Shown here piece after piece: positions 13,683 to 27,040 of a DNA stretch of 64,000 nucleotides. The position numbers and the translations under genes are program-made. Position 1 is the first letter of the stretch; each line of letters opens with the position of its first letter. The notes under the pieces were generated by a model, which saw only the letters and a list, made by a program, of their open reading frames with translations, did not search any database and was not told where the DNA came from. The stretch is from contig NC_045696.1 of the NCBI RefSeq assembly GCF_009834535.1, positions 60,886,001 to 60,950,000 on the forward strand, written 5' to 3'. The stretch is from Camelus ferus (Eukaryota).

Positions 13683-14548
13683 TATCCAACTTTAAATACA
13701 AGAGTGTCTCTGAACCCCCAACAAAAAATACTGTGTTCAGATAGAAAACCAAGGGATTTTTTTAAAAGAATGATAATAACTCCATAACATATCCCACTCT
13801 CAGTGATTATTTGCTATTTCTAAAAGACTAAATACATCATTCTCCAAAAAGGCTCCAAGTGTTTCTCAAATAACCCCTGCTCAGAGCCTGGGACGGACTC
13901 CAGACATTAACATCATACACTGAAGTGGAGCCATTATATTATGCTGACTAGACACACTGAAGAATGCTATTTCTACTTGAGACCCTTGGAGAATTGGCAG
14001 ATACTCTGCAGTGGGCTGAATGCTCATTTGTTTTCTAAGGCAACTCAATGCTCCACTATAAGAGACACCAAAGAATTTTAATGGCAAACAATTTACATTC
14101 TGTGTGATTTAGTATAAAAGGATCAATATAATTAAGCTCATCATAAAATTCTATGGTTAAGTTTGTATGTGCTTTAAAAGTTAGCAGTTTGCTTCAATTC
14201 TTAATTACAGATCAAACTATGATTTACCAGTTAATAACAATAAAAAAAAGCAAACAGAACAACAATGAAAAGCATCATATTCCTTTGCATTTTACTTAGG
14301 ACTCCTTTCATTCCTTCTTCAAAATTCTGAAATCTGTTTATTTGAAAAATAAACCTAAACTCTACCTGAGACTATTGTCTGATTTTAAAAACAAATCTGA
14401 AAAACTCACTAATAAAACTGGAACTAAATATAATAAAACAAATAATTAGGTCTAACCAACGTATCATTGATAGGACAGAAATTTACACTGTTATAAACTA
14501 CTTTTACTAGGGGACAGCAACAAATTTAGGCTTAAATGTGTGTACTAC

Positions 14549-14697
14549 CTCATGAGAGATCCGCCGTTGTTCAATATAGGCCATAAACTGTGAACTAAGG
14601 CTGTCTGAGTCCAGGCCCTTGGGTGGTCTCACCTCATCCTCTTCTTCCTCTGCAGTACAGCTGTCAATGTAGTCAATCTGATCCAGATCATGTTCCA
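14549..14697 (-). CDS. LRCH3: LRCH3 exon 9 (149 nt): (V)EHDLDQIDYIDSCTAEEEEDEVRPPKGLDSDSLSSQFMAYIEQRRISHE
   Basis: gacag acceptor, gtagta donor; lies within supplied ORF 14507..14737. Confidence 0.95.
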
Positions 14698-15804
14698 CTG
14701 TCCATATGACACACACACACAAGGAAAAAACATTCAAATTAGGTAGCCAACAAAAGACATCAAACTGCAGTATTTCCTTTCCCCTAAGATTTTCTATTCT
14801 TACAGTGGGAGGAATGAGAAGTTTAAATTATATAAGTCTTTATTATTTAGTCCATGGCCACCCACAAATATAGGCTACAGAAAAAATTTTAGTCCTAATT
14901 CACTAAAGAACATAATAATTGAAGGTAATTATTGGGATATAGACCTCTAATATTTCTTTTTTCTTTGGATAGCTCTTGACTATTTTAAACAAGATAGTTT
15001 GAGTTTGTAAGACAAAGAAAGGAAGAATAATATTTTAACATCAGAGGGTATATTTTCTTTTGGGGTTTTTTGTTTTTTGGTTTTTTTTTTTGCATTTTTT
15101 AGGTTTGGGGCTTAATCAAATATCTCTTTAAGGAGTTGGGAGGCAGAAAACCTAACACAATCAGCTCAAAATAAAATTGAAAGAATATGAGAAAAGTGGA
15201 CTTGGTGATAAAGAAATAGATATTGGCTACTTTTCCCCATAACTGTAATTTTCCTATATAGAAAATTATCTTCTAGAGGTCAGTATTACAGATATTTTGT
15301 AACAGTTTGCGGATGGAAGGGAATCATTTGAGAAATTTTTGCTTCTCAAGGGTTGAGGAGAGGCATATAAATAAGATATAGCCACATCATTATTCCTTCA
15401 AATACATTTGGGGATATTCCTTTTTTTTTTTTAAGTTTAAAAAATAACTATTTTAAAAAGCCAGTTAAAATGGCACAGTAGGAAGAAAAACTTGCTACTA
15501 AGATGTTTTCTACAGAAATTTGTTAACCCCAAGCCATTACTACAGATTGTCTAAAAGTTGCTGCTGCTGGAAATAGTGCATACATTTGAAGAAGTCTATT
15601 TCTCAATTTAGTTTTCCAATTCAATTATTTCTAAATAATTCTATAACTGCAGCTGATATAAAAATGAGTTTTCAGCTACTGGAGTTATATAAATAGGTAC
15701 ATAAATGAATTTTTTCCAGTGTGCTACAACTTGTGTGACTAAATAATGGTTCATTTATAGCTATTACCCAAGAAAGCTACATTACTTTTTCATAATATCT
15801 AGAC

Positions 15805-16134
15805 CAGCACTGTCCAAAAGAAATGGAATGCAAGCCACAAAAGTGAACCACGTATGTAATTTTAAATTATCTAGCTGCTACATAAAAATGTCAAAAGAAA
15901 AGGTGACATTAATTTTAATAATATATTTTATTTTGTTCAATGTATCTAAAATATTATCATTATAACATATAATCAATATAAAGTATTACTGGTATTTTAT
16001 ATTATTTTTCTTACAGAAAGGCTTCAAAATCTGATACGCATTTTACACTCAAAGTACATCTCAATTCAGAAAAGCCACATTTCAAGTGCTCAACAGCTAC
16101 ATGTGGCAAGTGGCTACCATACTAGATAGCACAG
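15805..16134. mobile_element. MER33/MER3-type hAT-Charlie MITE
   Basis: CAGCACTGTCCAA start; GCTACATGTGGCAAGTGGCTACCATACTAGATAGCACAG end. Confidence 0.8.
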
Positions 16135-17006
16135 ATTTACATGTTCTTTTAAGTCTGAAATGAACCAATGGGAAAGATATCTCATATGAAAGCAAGATCA
16201 GAAAGAAAACTACTGAAATGGTAAGTGACAGGAGTAAAGAAAAGAACATAAGATGGTAAGAAACAAGACAGCAAACCACTTAACTGATATCATCATTCAG
16301 AGATGAAAGCTCTTCTTAGATAACATAATAGATTTCTAGAAAATCAAAGTCATTACTCCCTTATATCTGGCCCTTAAAATTTAAACATTAGGATTTGGTA
16401 ATTCACACTAAAGCAATATTGAGTGCAATGCTAAAATCAAGAATCTGCCTCAGAAGCACAAGAAAGGAGAAAGAGCTCTATTTGTTAATGAACTATAAAA
16501 ACAATTATAAATTAAACTTTTTAAAAATTTAAATCACAAAATTTAAAATACCAGAATAAGGAAAACTTTGATTTATATGCCCTTGAAAAGCACAATTTCA
16601 GATCAAAGGAAAGGAAGACATCAAGAAATGCACTGAATTCCTGAAGAGGTCAAATAATGACCACAAAGAGAATCTTCAAGAAGGAGAATAGTGCTTCAAA
16701 AGATCATGGTTAAATGAAGATTAACAAAGATCTATTCCAGGTAAACTGTCTTCAGTAAAGTTTCCTCCCAAAATAAACATAAGAGAAAAACACTATATTT
16801 TAACTGCAAGCCTGAAAACAGAGAGAAACTGAAATTTAATCCCAAAAGAAATAATTTTTTTCCAGTCACATGAGAAGGGGAGAGAGGTCTTTAAAAGAAG
16901 AGTTGAAGAAGCTACAAATACACAAATAAAAGGAATGGATGTGAAAAAGCCACTTAAAAAGTCAGGGTAATTATAAAGACTGCTTGTTATCAGGAATCAT
17001 GTTTAC

Positions 17007-17127
17007 CTCCACCATTTGTTACTACTAAACTGCTGCGATTCTCCTGGTACTGGCTTTCTCTTCGCAGTCTTTGTTCTTTAGTAATTTCTGCTACTCGAAG
17101 AGGCAGATCCGAAAATTCATCTGTAGG
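17007..17127 (-). CDS. LRCH3: LRCH3 exon 8 (121 nt): PTDEFSDLPLRVAEITKEQRLRRESQYQENRSSLVVTNGG
   Basis: tttttaag acceptor, gtaaac donor; phase consistent. Confidence 0.95.
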
Positions 17128-17239
17128 CTTAAAAAAAGCAGAAACATTAAAATTTTTATTTCAAATTTTAGACAACATAGTTTTAAAAACAGAGCTATAA
17201 ACTCATGAGAATTTATATTTAAGAAGAAATAGCAAAAAA

Positions 17240-17635
17240 GTTTTAGAGATGCATCTGGAGATGAACATATTATTCCACAATTTGAATGTACTTAATGCCA
17301 CTGAACTGCACACTTAAAAATGGCTAAAACGGTATCTTTTATATTATATGTATTTTACTATAACTAAAAAAAAGAAGAAATACAGCAGAAAGAGGGGGGA
17401 AGGGATAAATTTGGGAGTTTGAGATTTACAAATGTTAGCCACTATATATAAAAATTGATTTAAAAAGAGTTTCTTCTATGTAGCACTGAGAACTATGTTC
17501 AATATCTCATAGTAACCTTTAACAAAAAAGAATATGAAAACGAATATATGTATGTATGTGCATGACCAGGACATTGTGCTGTACACCAGAAATTGACACA
17601 TTGTAACTAACTGTACTTCAACAACAACAAAAAGA
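17240..17635 (+). mobile_element. Two tandem L1 3' fragments (older about 17240-17373, younger about 17390-17635)
   Basis: ACTTAATGCCACTGAACTGCACACTTAAAAATGG, then GGAAGGGATAAATTTGGGAGTTTGAGATT. Confidence 0.75.
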
Positions 17636-18360
17636 AATAGAAGGGTATATATGACTCTCTCTCTCTATACATACTTAAATGAATTTAATGTATCGACGTA
17701 TATGTATCTGATTTGATATAGCTACAGTCATGTTCATACCCATCCACACATTAATACACAAGCAATTCCAAATATAAATGGGCTGCAGTCTAAAATTAAT
17801 TTTCTTTGGACTGCAATAAAACAATGTTATAAGTGGTAAGTTAGCAGTCTTACTAATAAAACCTTCATCATTTAACCCAATTTATAGCTAAAATACTATA
17901 CCTCAATCATTTTAAAAGAGAAAACATAATACTAAAAAATTAAACAAAAGAGAAAATGATATAATTAGCTGAGAAAGTTATTTATCTTGAGCATGTGGAT
18001 TCTTCACTAAGGTTCCCATCTCATTACCCATCAGCCCGTAGTTCTATTTTCTCACCTTTCAGTCCCTCTTCTCAAATTTCAGGCTTCATTAATTGGTTCA
18101 GTTCCCACTGGACTTCCCAGTATACAAAATTATTTATATGAGACAATGAGGTAACAAACATGTAAAACATACATGGTACAAAGATGGTAAAGAAACATAA
18201 TACTATCTTTGTATGGTAGGACCATGTGGGATTTTTTAAACTTCCCTTGGCTTTTCTATATTTTACATAATGAGAAATTGAATTCAGTTAAGACATTTTC
18301 CATTTTCATCATTTTCTCCTAATCAGAAGTTATAACATGCAGAATAGAAGAACCACTTAC

Positions 18361-18454
18361 TTCATTCCCTGACCATCTCTTATCACCACTGTCCACACTA
18401 TTGAAACCTGAATCAAGGGCTCCATAGGGGCGACCTGAGTACAGTTCTTCGTGG
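18361..18454 (-). CDS. LRCH3: LRCH3 exon 7 (94 nt): HEELYSGRPYGALDSGFNSVDSGDKRWSGNE
   Basis: ttgcag acceptor, gtaagt donor; LRCH-family DSGFNSVDSG motif. Confidence 0.95.
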
Positions 18455-19185
18455 CTGCAAAAAAGAAACTTTAGTTGTTAATGTGAACTAAATAAAATAA
18501 ATAAAAATAAAAATTAAAAAAATCAGATGCAATTTTACTAATAAACATTTTCATGGCATTTAGGTTCTTAACTATTTAGAATGAAGTAAGTATTCTTTTA
18601 ACTTTTTAATATGAAAAATTTCAAATTCAAACAAAGTAGATAGAATAGTATAATGAACTCCCATGTACTCATTAACCAAGCTTCAAAAATACCAACATTC
18701 TACCATTCTTATTTCATCCACTCCTCCAGCCATTCCCCATACCCCCCTCAATTGTTTTTATTTTTAATAGTATTCTTTCTTAAGGTAAAATTTACATACT
18801 TTGAAATACACACACCTCAGTTGTAATTTTGACAAACGAATATATCTTTGTAACACACACCTCTATCATGATATAGGACATTTATACTTTGCCAGAAAAT
18901 CCCCACACATTCCTTCTCAGTCAAGTCTCTTCACCCTGCGACTATGTGTTCCTCAGAGGCAACCACCATTTTAATTTTTTTCATCTGAAATTAGTTTAGA
19001 AGGCAGAATAGTGGTTCTCAAAGATGTCCAAGATCTAATCCCTGGAAGTTGTAAATATGTTACTTTACACTGCAAATGGGAATTAAGGTTGCAGACAGAA
19101 GTAAGGTTACTAATCAGAGGACCTTAAAATAGGGAGATTATCTTGAATTATCTGAATGAGCTCAGTGTAATCACAAGGGTTCTTA

Positions 19186-19345
19186 TATATATTTCCCTGT
19201 GCTATACAGTATAATCTTGTTTATCTATAATGAATACATGTATGTTCATGTATAACTGAAAAATTGTGCTCTACACTGGAAGTTGACAAAACATTGTAAA
19301 CTGACTATAACTCAATTAAAAAAAGTTTAAAAAAATACAAACCAT

Positions 19346-19383
<38 letters not shown>
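19186..19383 (+). mobile_element. Tiny L1 3' insertion with 5' inversion and (AC)n tail
   Basis: TSD CACAAGGGTTCTTA at 19172-19185 and 19384-19397; both halves match the L1 3'UTR at 62779-62970. Confidence 0.88.

Positions 19384-19387
<4 letters not shown>
19349..19387. repeat. (AC)n microsatellite
   Basis: Read directly from the sequence. Confidence 0.95.
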
Positions 19388-19388
<1 letters not shown>

Positions 19389-19789
19389 GGGTTCTTAAAA
19401 GTGGAAGAGGGGGACAGAAGAGGAGGTCAGTGTGATGCAATGTTGATTTGAAGATGGAGGAAGCAGACCAAGAACCAAGTAATGCAGACAGCCTCTAGAA
19501 TTTAAAAAGGCAAGGAAATACATTGTACTCAGAACCTATAAAAAAGAATGCATCTCTGCCAGCATCTTAATTTTAGCTCAATAAGATCAAGATTTAGACT
19601 TCTGACCTAGAGAAGCATAAAATAATAAATTTGTATTGTTTAAGCCTCTAAGTTTGTGGTAATTTGTCACGGCAACAGTAGAAAAGTAATACAATTAATT
19701 TTGCTTATTCTAGAACACATAAAAACGGAATAATACATACTTTTTTCCCACTCAGCATCATGTCAGTGAAATTCTTGATGTTTTTAATA

Positions 19790-20880
19790 CCTTGGAGTAG
19801 GGTGGAAGAATTACATGGTAAATGTAGGTTTGACTTAAAAAAGAAACAACTGCCAGTCTGTTTTCAAAAGTAGCTGTATCGTTTTGTATTCCCACCAGAA
19901 AAGTAGTGGTGGAGCTCCAGCTGCCAACACTGTATTATTCTGATGGGTGTAAAGTGGTATGTCATTGTGGTTTTAATTTGTATTTTTCTGATGACTAGTG
20001 ATATTTAACATCTTTTCATGTGCTTATTGGCCATTCATTTATGTTCTTTTGTGAAATGCTGGTTCAAATCTTTTGCCCATTTTAAAATGCAACATCAATA
20101 ATCTTAAAAATATTTTGCTAAGTAAAAGAAGTCAGAGACAAAATATCACATAATGTATGATTTCATTTACATGAAATTATAGAAAAGGCAAAACAATACT
20201 GACAGAAAGCAGATCAGCAGTTGCCTGGGGCAGAGGCAGGCATTTTTGTGACTGTATCTATTTACCAAAACTCACTGAACTGCACACTTAAAATGGGTAA
20301 ATTTTATTACTTGTAAATTATATCTCAATAAAGCTATTAAATCTGCCAAATCATTTTTCCAAAGTGGATGTTCCATTTTTAGTTTTTATGTCTCATGTTA
20401 CCTAAGCAATGTAAGAGCACTTGTTGCTCCACATCCTCACTAACATTTGGTGTTATCAGTGATACCTCATTGTGACTTAACCTGCATTTCCATGATGATT
20501 TATGATGTTGAACACTTTTTTGTGTGCTTACTGGTCATTTACATATCTTTCTTTGCAAAGTCCTTTCAAGTTTTTAGTCCATTTTCAATTGCGTTTTGTC
20601 TTTTCAACATTAAGTTGTAGGTACTCTTTAGATAGTCCAGATACAAGTCTTTTGTCATACGTATGTTTTGCAAATATTTTCTCCCAATCTGTGGTTTGCC
20701 TATTCATTTTCTTAATAGTTTCATGACTAGATGTTTTAAATTTGATTAAATTTATTTTTATCATTTCTTTTTTAAATGGTTATTGCTTTCTGTGGTCTCA
20801 GAAATCCTTGCCTATGCCAAGTCACAAAGACATTATTCTCTATTTTCTTCTAAAAACTTTACAGCTTTAGTTTTTGCTTG
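19790..20880. mobile_element. Old L1M fragments: minus-strand ORF2 3' pieces with a nested plus-strand 3' fragment (about 20090-20340)
   Basis: TTTTCATGTGCTTATTGGCCATT and TTTGCAAATATTTTCTCCCAATCTGTGG-type L1 motifs. Confidence 0.7.
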
Positions 20881-23800
20881 TTCTTTAACATGCTTTTAAA
20901 AGTTAGCTTAATTAGAAATCTGAAACATGATAAAGCCTATGTTTAAAAATTGGTCTATTAGAATTTTATTTAATAAGCCTGCCTGCTTAGGCTGAAAAAC
21001 AACTTTCAATGGTACAAATTAAAAATGTGTAGTGTTCTTCTGGTATTGAATTTTGTATTCAATGTATTCTTAGATAGTTTGCATACATAACTTTAAAAAA
21101 GTTATCATCATGCTGTCAAAATGAATCAGAACTTAAGGTACAGGGAAAGAGCAACACATTTGAACTTCACAGATAAGGTACCAGCTTTACTACTTACCCA
21201 CTATTACCTCAAATAATTCACAACTTTTATAAAATGAGGTTAACCATTCTTACTCATATATCTTTCATATAAAGTGAAAGCTTTATGTTAACTAAAAACA
21301 AACAAAAACAAACAAAAACCTTGTGAATGTAAGACAATTCTTAAAACTTGTCATTTATTTTACTGATAAAGATCTATCTTTGTATGTAGTAATATACAGA
21401 CATATTTGTACAATGTGTTAAATATGCTCTGATTATAAAGATCCAAAAACATATGTAACTTCTGGCTATCTATCTCATTGTTCTACCTGCTACCACAAAG
21501 GTCATTTAGCAAGATAAGTATCTTCATATAATCCTTAAATTACTTCTCTAAAAGTAGTTAATTTCCCCCCAACTATTTATCTTAAAAAAATTCATACCTA
21601 CACAACAGTTGGGAGAGTAATACAATGAATATCCATTTGCCCTTCATTTAGATCTCCCAGTTGTTAGCATTTAAGTAAAATGATTTATGTGTATTGCCTA
21701 CATGACATGTCTGCTTTTACACTTGTTTTAGAGTCTTAAGGACAGATACTGTAGTGTTTTATCACAGTAAAGTCAGGTCAAGGGGCGTAATTTTAAAAGC
21801 TTTCTAATGAAATCTATATCTAAATCATATTTTTCTGCAGTTGCTAGAAGAAACACGTGTATTTCAGGATTTACTGAACAATACTTTTTAATATTATATA
21901 AGTTTTCAAGTAAAGATTTCAGATCTCTAGAGGATACTGTTTCATACAATGTATTTTCTATGAAGTGACCAATCAAGATAAGCCTAATTTTACTGTGAGA
22001 GTTTTAAAGTTGGCAACATACAGAGAATTAAAAGAATCTTTGCATCAAGCTATTATATTATCTTCTTTATTCAATGACCTTTAGCTTCTCCACATATTTG
22101 CTCCAGCTCAGAGATTAAACTGGTAAGATTAAAGTAAGACATAGGTTTACCAACTCTCCAGGTTTGTTCAAGATTTTCCTGGTTTCAGTACTACAGTCCT
22201 GTGTCCCAGAAAACCCGAGTCACAGGCAAACCAGGACAGATGTTCACCCTATTATAATTACGGGCTTTGGGAAGCCAGGCAGAGTAATGCCAGCCAGGTT
22301 CCAGTATGTCCTATCAGAAAGTCCAGTCTCTTTAATAAACTACCTAGCATAACATGGATTCAAATGTCTAGGTGAATTCTCTGTGGCAGGAAGATAAACT
22401 GTAAATCAGTATACCGCAGTGATGAGCTTAAAATACGGCTTTTTAAGAAACAGTTTTACAGATCTGGACTGATGACTTGGCATCATCATTTATTAGCTAT
22501 GTGACTAATTAACTTGCTTCCCCACTCTCAACTTCTGTTTTCTCATGAGTTAAAAAAAAAGATTAATACCTACTTCATAGAGTTGCTATAAACATTACTT
22601 GAGAAAACATAAGCCAAAGACTTGCACAAAGCCTGGCACAAAGTATTAAATAAAAAGTTAGTTATCATCCTATGAGAATGCACCCTTAAGAAAGAGCATT
22701 TTCTGTTGTGACAAGTCACTAAATCTGCTTCATTTGTTTAGTTCACCAAACATTTACTGAATGCCAGGCAGCATTCTAAGTGCTAAGAATATAAATATGA
22801 ATAAAAGATGGCCATGGCTTTTACAAGCTCAGGCTTGTTGTAGAGAATTATTTCCATTAGTAGGGTTACAGAGGCAGGGCTTTTCTTACCAGTGGCTTAG
22901 TCTTTCTTAGTTTTGGTTCACTGCCACATCATCATAAATAAATATATTTAGTCTGTAAAATAAAGCTGCTTAAAATCATTGCAGTAAACAAGCATAGGTC
23001 ACTTTAGATCACTATTAAAAACATGTGCCGATGTATAAAATGAAATAGTTATCACAACAATGCAATTTACTAAAGGAGTTGAAAATATTTATGTCTGGAA
23101 ATGAGTAAAAATATTTGTGACCTTTATAAAATGATTTAAGAAAGATTGTGTGTTGTTTTTATCTTACACAAAAGTAGTTGGAAAGATACATCTAAAAACT
23201 GAAAGTTCCACAGCATCTAATTTGTACTGAATATCTGAAGAGCTACAGAATTAATAAAAATTCTCTTTAGCAAGACAGGACTCTTAAGACTAAACTGGCT
23301 CTAGATCACAGTAGAAAGCTAGTAACTATAATGCCTAATATTCACATAGGGTTTTATGGTCAGCAAAGAACTTTCAGACATAGGTCATTTGATCCTCAGA
23401 GAGTATAAACAGGGTAAAGACCATTTTGAAGAAACCGAGATTCAGAGTGGTTAAGTGAACTGCTTAATAGTACAGGAATCCAGAACTAGAATCAAGGCCT
23501 TCTGACCCCATGACTAAATTTTGAATAAACGTACTGCTAACTACAATGCAATTTTACTAATCTACTTCAGAGAGAAAGACATGAAAGTATGATTTGTTGG
23601 TGCATGAGGAGTTGAAGGAAATACTTCTGTAATATATACATATGTAAATATGTATATATTTTTCTAGGACATTCTGAAACAATTACAAATAAAGTAATAC
23701 AACTCTGGAAAAAATTGAAAATATAGAGAATTAATCTAGTGAGCATAATTAAGGACTATTATAGGGACTGGAATACATTAGATCCGTAATTACTAATTCC

Positions 23801-24434
23801 TTTGGAAAGACATGACATGTTTATGCTATTTAGATTTCCTATTTAGGAAAGGTTTCTTCATTGATTCAAGCCTTCTTGTATCTCTTAGCAAACACACACA
23901 CAAGTTTCTTCCCAGGTTTTTTGATAAACGTTTTTTAAGTAAAATAATGAAGATTGCTATTAAAAAAAAAATTAGGCCAAGACTAATCAGTCCTCAAAAC
24001 TCAGGACAGAGCCACAGAGAGAAGTAGGTTCTGCAATTAGCACTGCAGCCCTCAACCAAAGCTCATTATTCATACAGGTTATGAAGCTTCCTCCTTAGGG
24101 GAAGCTTACCCTCACATACACATACCAGTAATTATGATTTGTCATTTTACACACAAACCTCAAAGGCAGCAGTAGCAGTTTAATGTTCCTACTCTGATAT
24201 TTCAGTAGCGGTAAAAACTCTTCCCTTGCAAGGATTACTAACTCCAAGGGAGAAAATAATTTAGTGTATATATAAAATAAAAGCTACTTTTATTTGTTGT
24301 ACAACTTTTTTAAGACAATAGGAGTAGAACACTTTTAATGAAAAGTTTAAATAGGAAAAACAAAACTTTCTTCCATAATAAGAAATGAGTTCCATCTTAT
24401 AAGCAATGAACTAGGGAAAAGGAAAAAGAAATGA

Positions 24435-24625
24435 AAAAAAGGAGATAATAGGGGGAGAGGCAATACAGGGATGGGGGAGTTGGGGGTACAAATTATTGGG
24501 TGCAAGATAGGCTCAAAAATGTTTTGTACAACACAGGGAATATAGCCAATGTTTTGTAATAACTGTAAATGGAAAGTAACCTTTAAAAAGTGTACAAAGA
24601 TAAAATAAAGCAAAATCAGAAAAAA
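24435..24625 (+). mobile_element. L1 3'UTR fragment
   Basis: GTACAACACAGGGAATATAGCCAAT; similar to 12080-12336. Confidence 0.72.
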
Positions 24626-25227
24626 AGAGAAAATAAAAAATTCTTGGTATTAATTGGTCTGAGTTTCCTCTAAGAGAGTCCTAGATCTCTCACTCAGTAT
24701 GTAAGACCTAATCCCTACCATCTGCAAAAACCTTTTACATCCTCATTAATTTCACACATGTGCTTTTAGTCTTCTCAGAGCCAAAAGTGTTAGGACTGAG
24801 TACGTTCCTGGTAAGAATCTTTCATGTGTGTGTATGATTTTGGTTAATTTCTCCTTGTGTATTTGTATAAATACACTAAAACCTGTATTATTACATGCTT
24901 AAACAACCAGATTAGAGCTGGTATCTTAAACATCCTTCAGTGACTATGCTGGGCTAGGGCTATAGTGGTAAAGACAAAAGGCATGGTCTGTGGCAAAGGA
25001 CAAAAATCAAACCCATGTGGAGTAATATTTATTTTACCTGAGAAATCATTTATTAGTGAAATTTTCAGATAGCTTGAGATTACTGCTTTATACCATAAAC
25101 ACTGAAGTATTTAATTTTAATAATTTCTGATAAAAAAAATTTAAAGTATAATGCATATTTCCCTTTAGGAAGTGATATAACTTAATATATCTTAGCTTTT
25201 TTTTTTTTCTTTAAAAAAATTTTTAGG

Positions 25228-25478
25228 AGTGGGTGGGAAGGGACAGACTGGGAGTTCAAAATTTGTAGATACTGACAGGCATATACAGAATAGATAAACA
25301 AGATTATACTGTATAGCACATGGAAATATATACAAGATCTTGTGGTAGCTCACAGTGAAAAAAAAATGTGACAATGAATATATGTATGTTTATGTATAAC
25401 TGAAAAATTGTGCTCTACACTGGAATTTGACACAACATTGTAAAATGACTATAACTCAATAAAAAATATTAAAAAAAA
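25228..25478 (+). mobile_element. Young L1 3'UTR fragment inserted into the poly(T) tail of an opposite-strand L1 fragment (about 25480-25765)
   Basis: Nearly identical to 62720-62970; flanked by AAAAAAATTTTT repeats. Confidence 0.88.
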
Positions 25479-26562
25479 TTTTTTGAAGTATAGTTGATTT
25501 ACAATGTTGTTAGATTCTGGTGTACAGCAAAGTGATTCAGTTTATATATATATACACATATACATTCTTTTTCATATTCTTTTCCATTATGGTTTATTAC
25601 AGGATATTGAATATAGTTCCCTGTGTAGTAGGACCTTGTTGTTTATCTATTTTATATGTAGTAGTTTGTATCTGCTAAACCCAAACTCCTAATTTATCCC
25701 TCCCTCACTCCCATGAAACAGTTTGTTAATCATAAGTTTGTTTTCTATGTCTGTTTTGTAAATATTGATATTTTCTTAATGAGTACCAATTACTGTACTC
25801 TGCTAAAATTTAGTAATAACTTAAAATATTACCAATACATGAAGAGTTCTTTGCATATATGCCTAGTGGTGGCAAACTGCTGTTTTTAGAGCTTCATTGT
25901 TTTTAAATATCTTATTAAAATTATGAAATATACCATGTAGATATAAAAGAATATCTATAACTGACAGCTTTTAAGACATAAGACATTATGAATACCTTTA
26001 AAACCCCTTTATGCCTCTTTCACAAGGAATCTTCCTCCCTCAGTTTACTACTAATCTGAATTTTTAATATGCATCTGGTTTTTATAATTTTATTTTTTCC
26101 TTCAAATTATTTTTGTAATTTTAACTTCTGCTTTTACACACTCTATGGAAACAGAAATTTGTTAACCTGTTTTAGACTAAGACACTGAGAGGATTAAAAC
26201 TGTGCTTTTACATAAAATGTGACAGGTTCTAAGAGAAGGCCTGAAGGGTTCTTTTTTGAGTAAAGTCTTTGAGTATTACTGCACCTTCACTGAGACATCT
26301 ATTTTCTTGTTTGAAGGCCTTTTGAATTTAATTCCTGATACTTAAGATTGTTCCAATGGTTGGGAATGCCAAGAAAATGACTACATAAAAGTAAGGGTGC
26401 TATGCAGTTGAAAGATTCACAAACTAAAAGATCCTGAAGTGACATTAATGGTCATCAAATCCAACCTCTTTAATCCCTCTGGAAAAATGAAGGCCAAAAA
26501 GTGTGTGTGACTTGTCTTAAGTTACACAGCAGAGCCAAGGTTAGTATTCAAGTCACTTAGAC

Positions 26563-26752
26563 CAGTAGTTTTCAACTGTGGACCCCCTGGAGGATATCTG
26601 ACAATGAATGGAAACACTTTGGCTTGTCACTTTGGCAGGGTGCTACAGAAGCCAGGGATGCTGTTAAACACCTTCCAATGTACAAGACAGCTCCTCACCA
26701 CAAATAATTATCTGGCTCAAAATATCAAAAGTGCTGAGGTGGAGAAACTCTA
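26563..26752. mobile_element. MER20 hAT MITE
   Basis: CAGTAGTTTTCAAC...GGTGGAGAAACTCT; 8-bp TSD ACTTAGAC/ACTTAGAA. Confidence 0.82.
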
Positions 26753-26930
26753 ACTTAGAACTATACTTTGTCATGTCTATGTAATTAACTTTTTACTTAA
26801 TATAAGCATTCTGAGAAAAATCATGTTAATAAGCTATTTCCCCTCAGTCAAACAGGCAGATTTAAAGGTCCAGTTTATCTGATTCTCCATAAAATAGAAT
26901 ATGACAGATAAAAGAATATAACATACTCAC

Positions 26931-27040
26931 CAGGAGCCAAATCCTATGGGTCTCCTATCATAATCTGGCAGATCTGGAGCAATCTTACAAGCCTGGATGT
27001 TCAGGTATTTAAATATGTGGATTTTGCCTTTTATACATAT
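26931..27040 (-). CDS. LRCH3: LRCH3 exon 6 (110 nt): ICIKGKIHIFKYLNIQACKIAPDLPDYDRRPIGFGS(C)
   Basis: tttag acceptor, gtgagt donor; LRCH-family ICIKGKxHIFKYL motif. Confidence 0.95.

Larger units (their letters stand above)
19000..19693 (+). mobile_element. MaLR LTR (MLT1C/D-like), interrupted by the L1 above
   Basis: AAAGATGTCC...CTAATCCCTGGA start; ends GTTTGTGGTAATTTGTCACGGCAACAGTAGAAAAGTAATACA. Confidence 0.8.
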
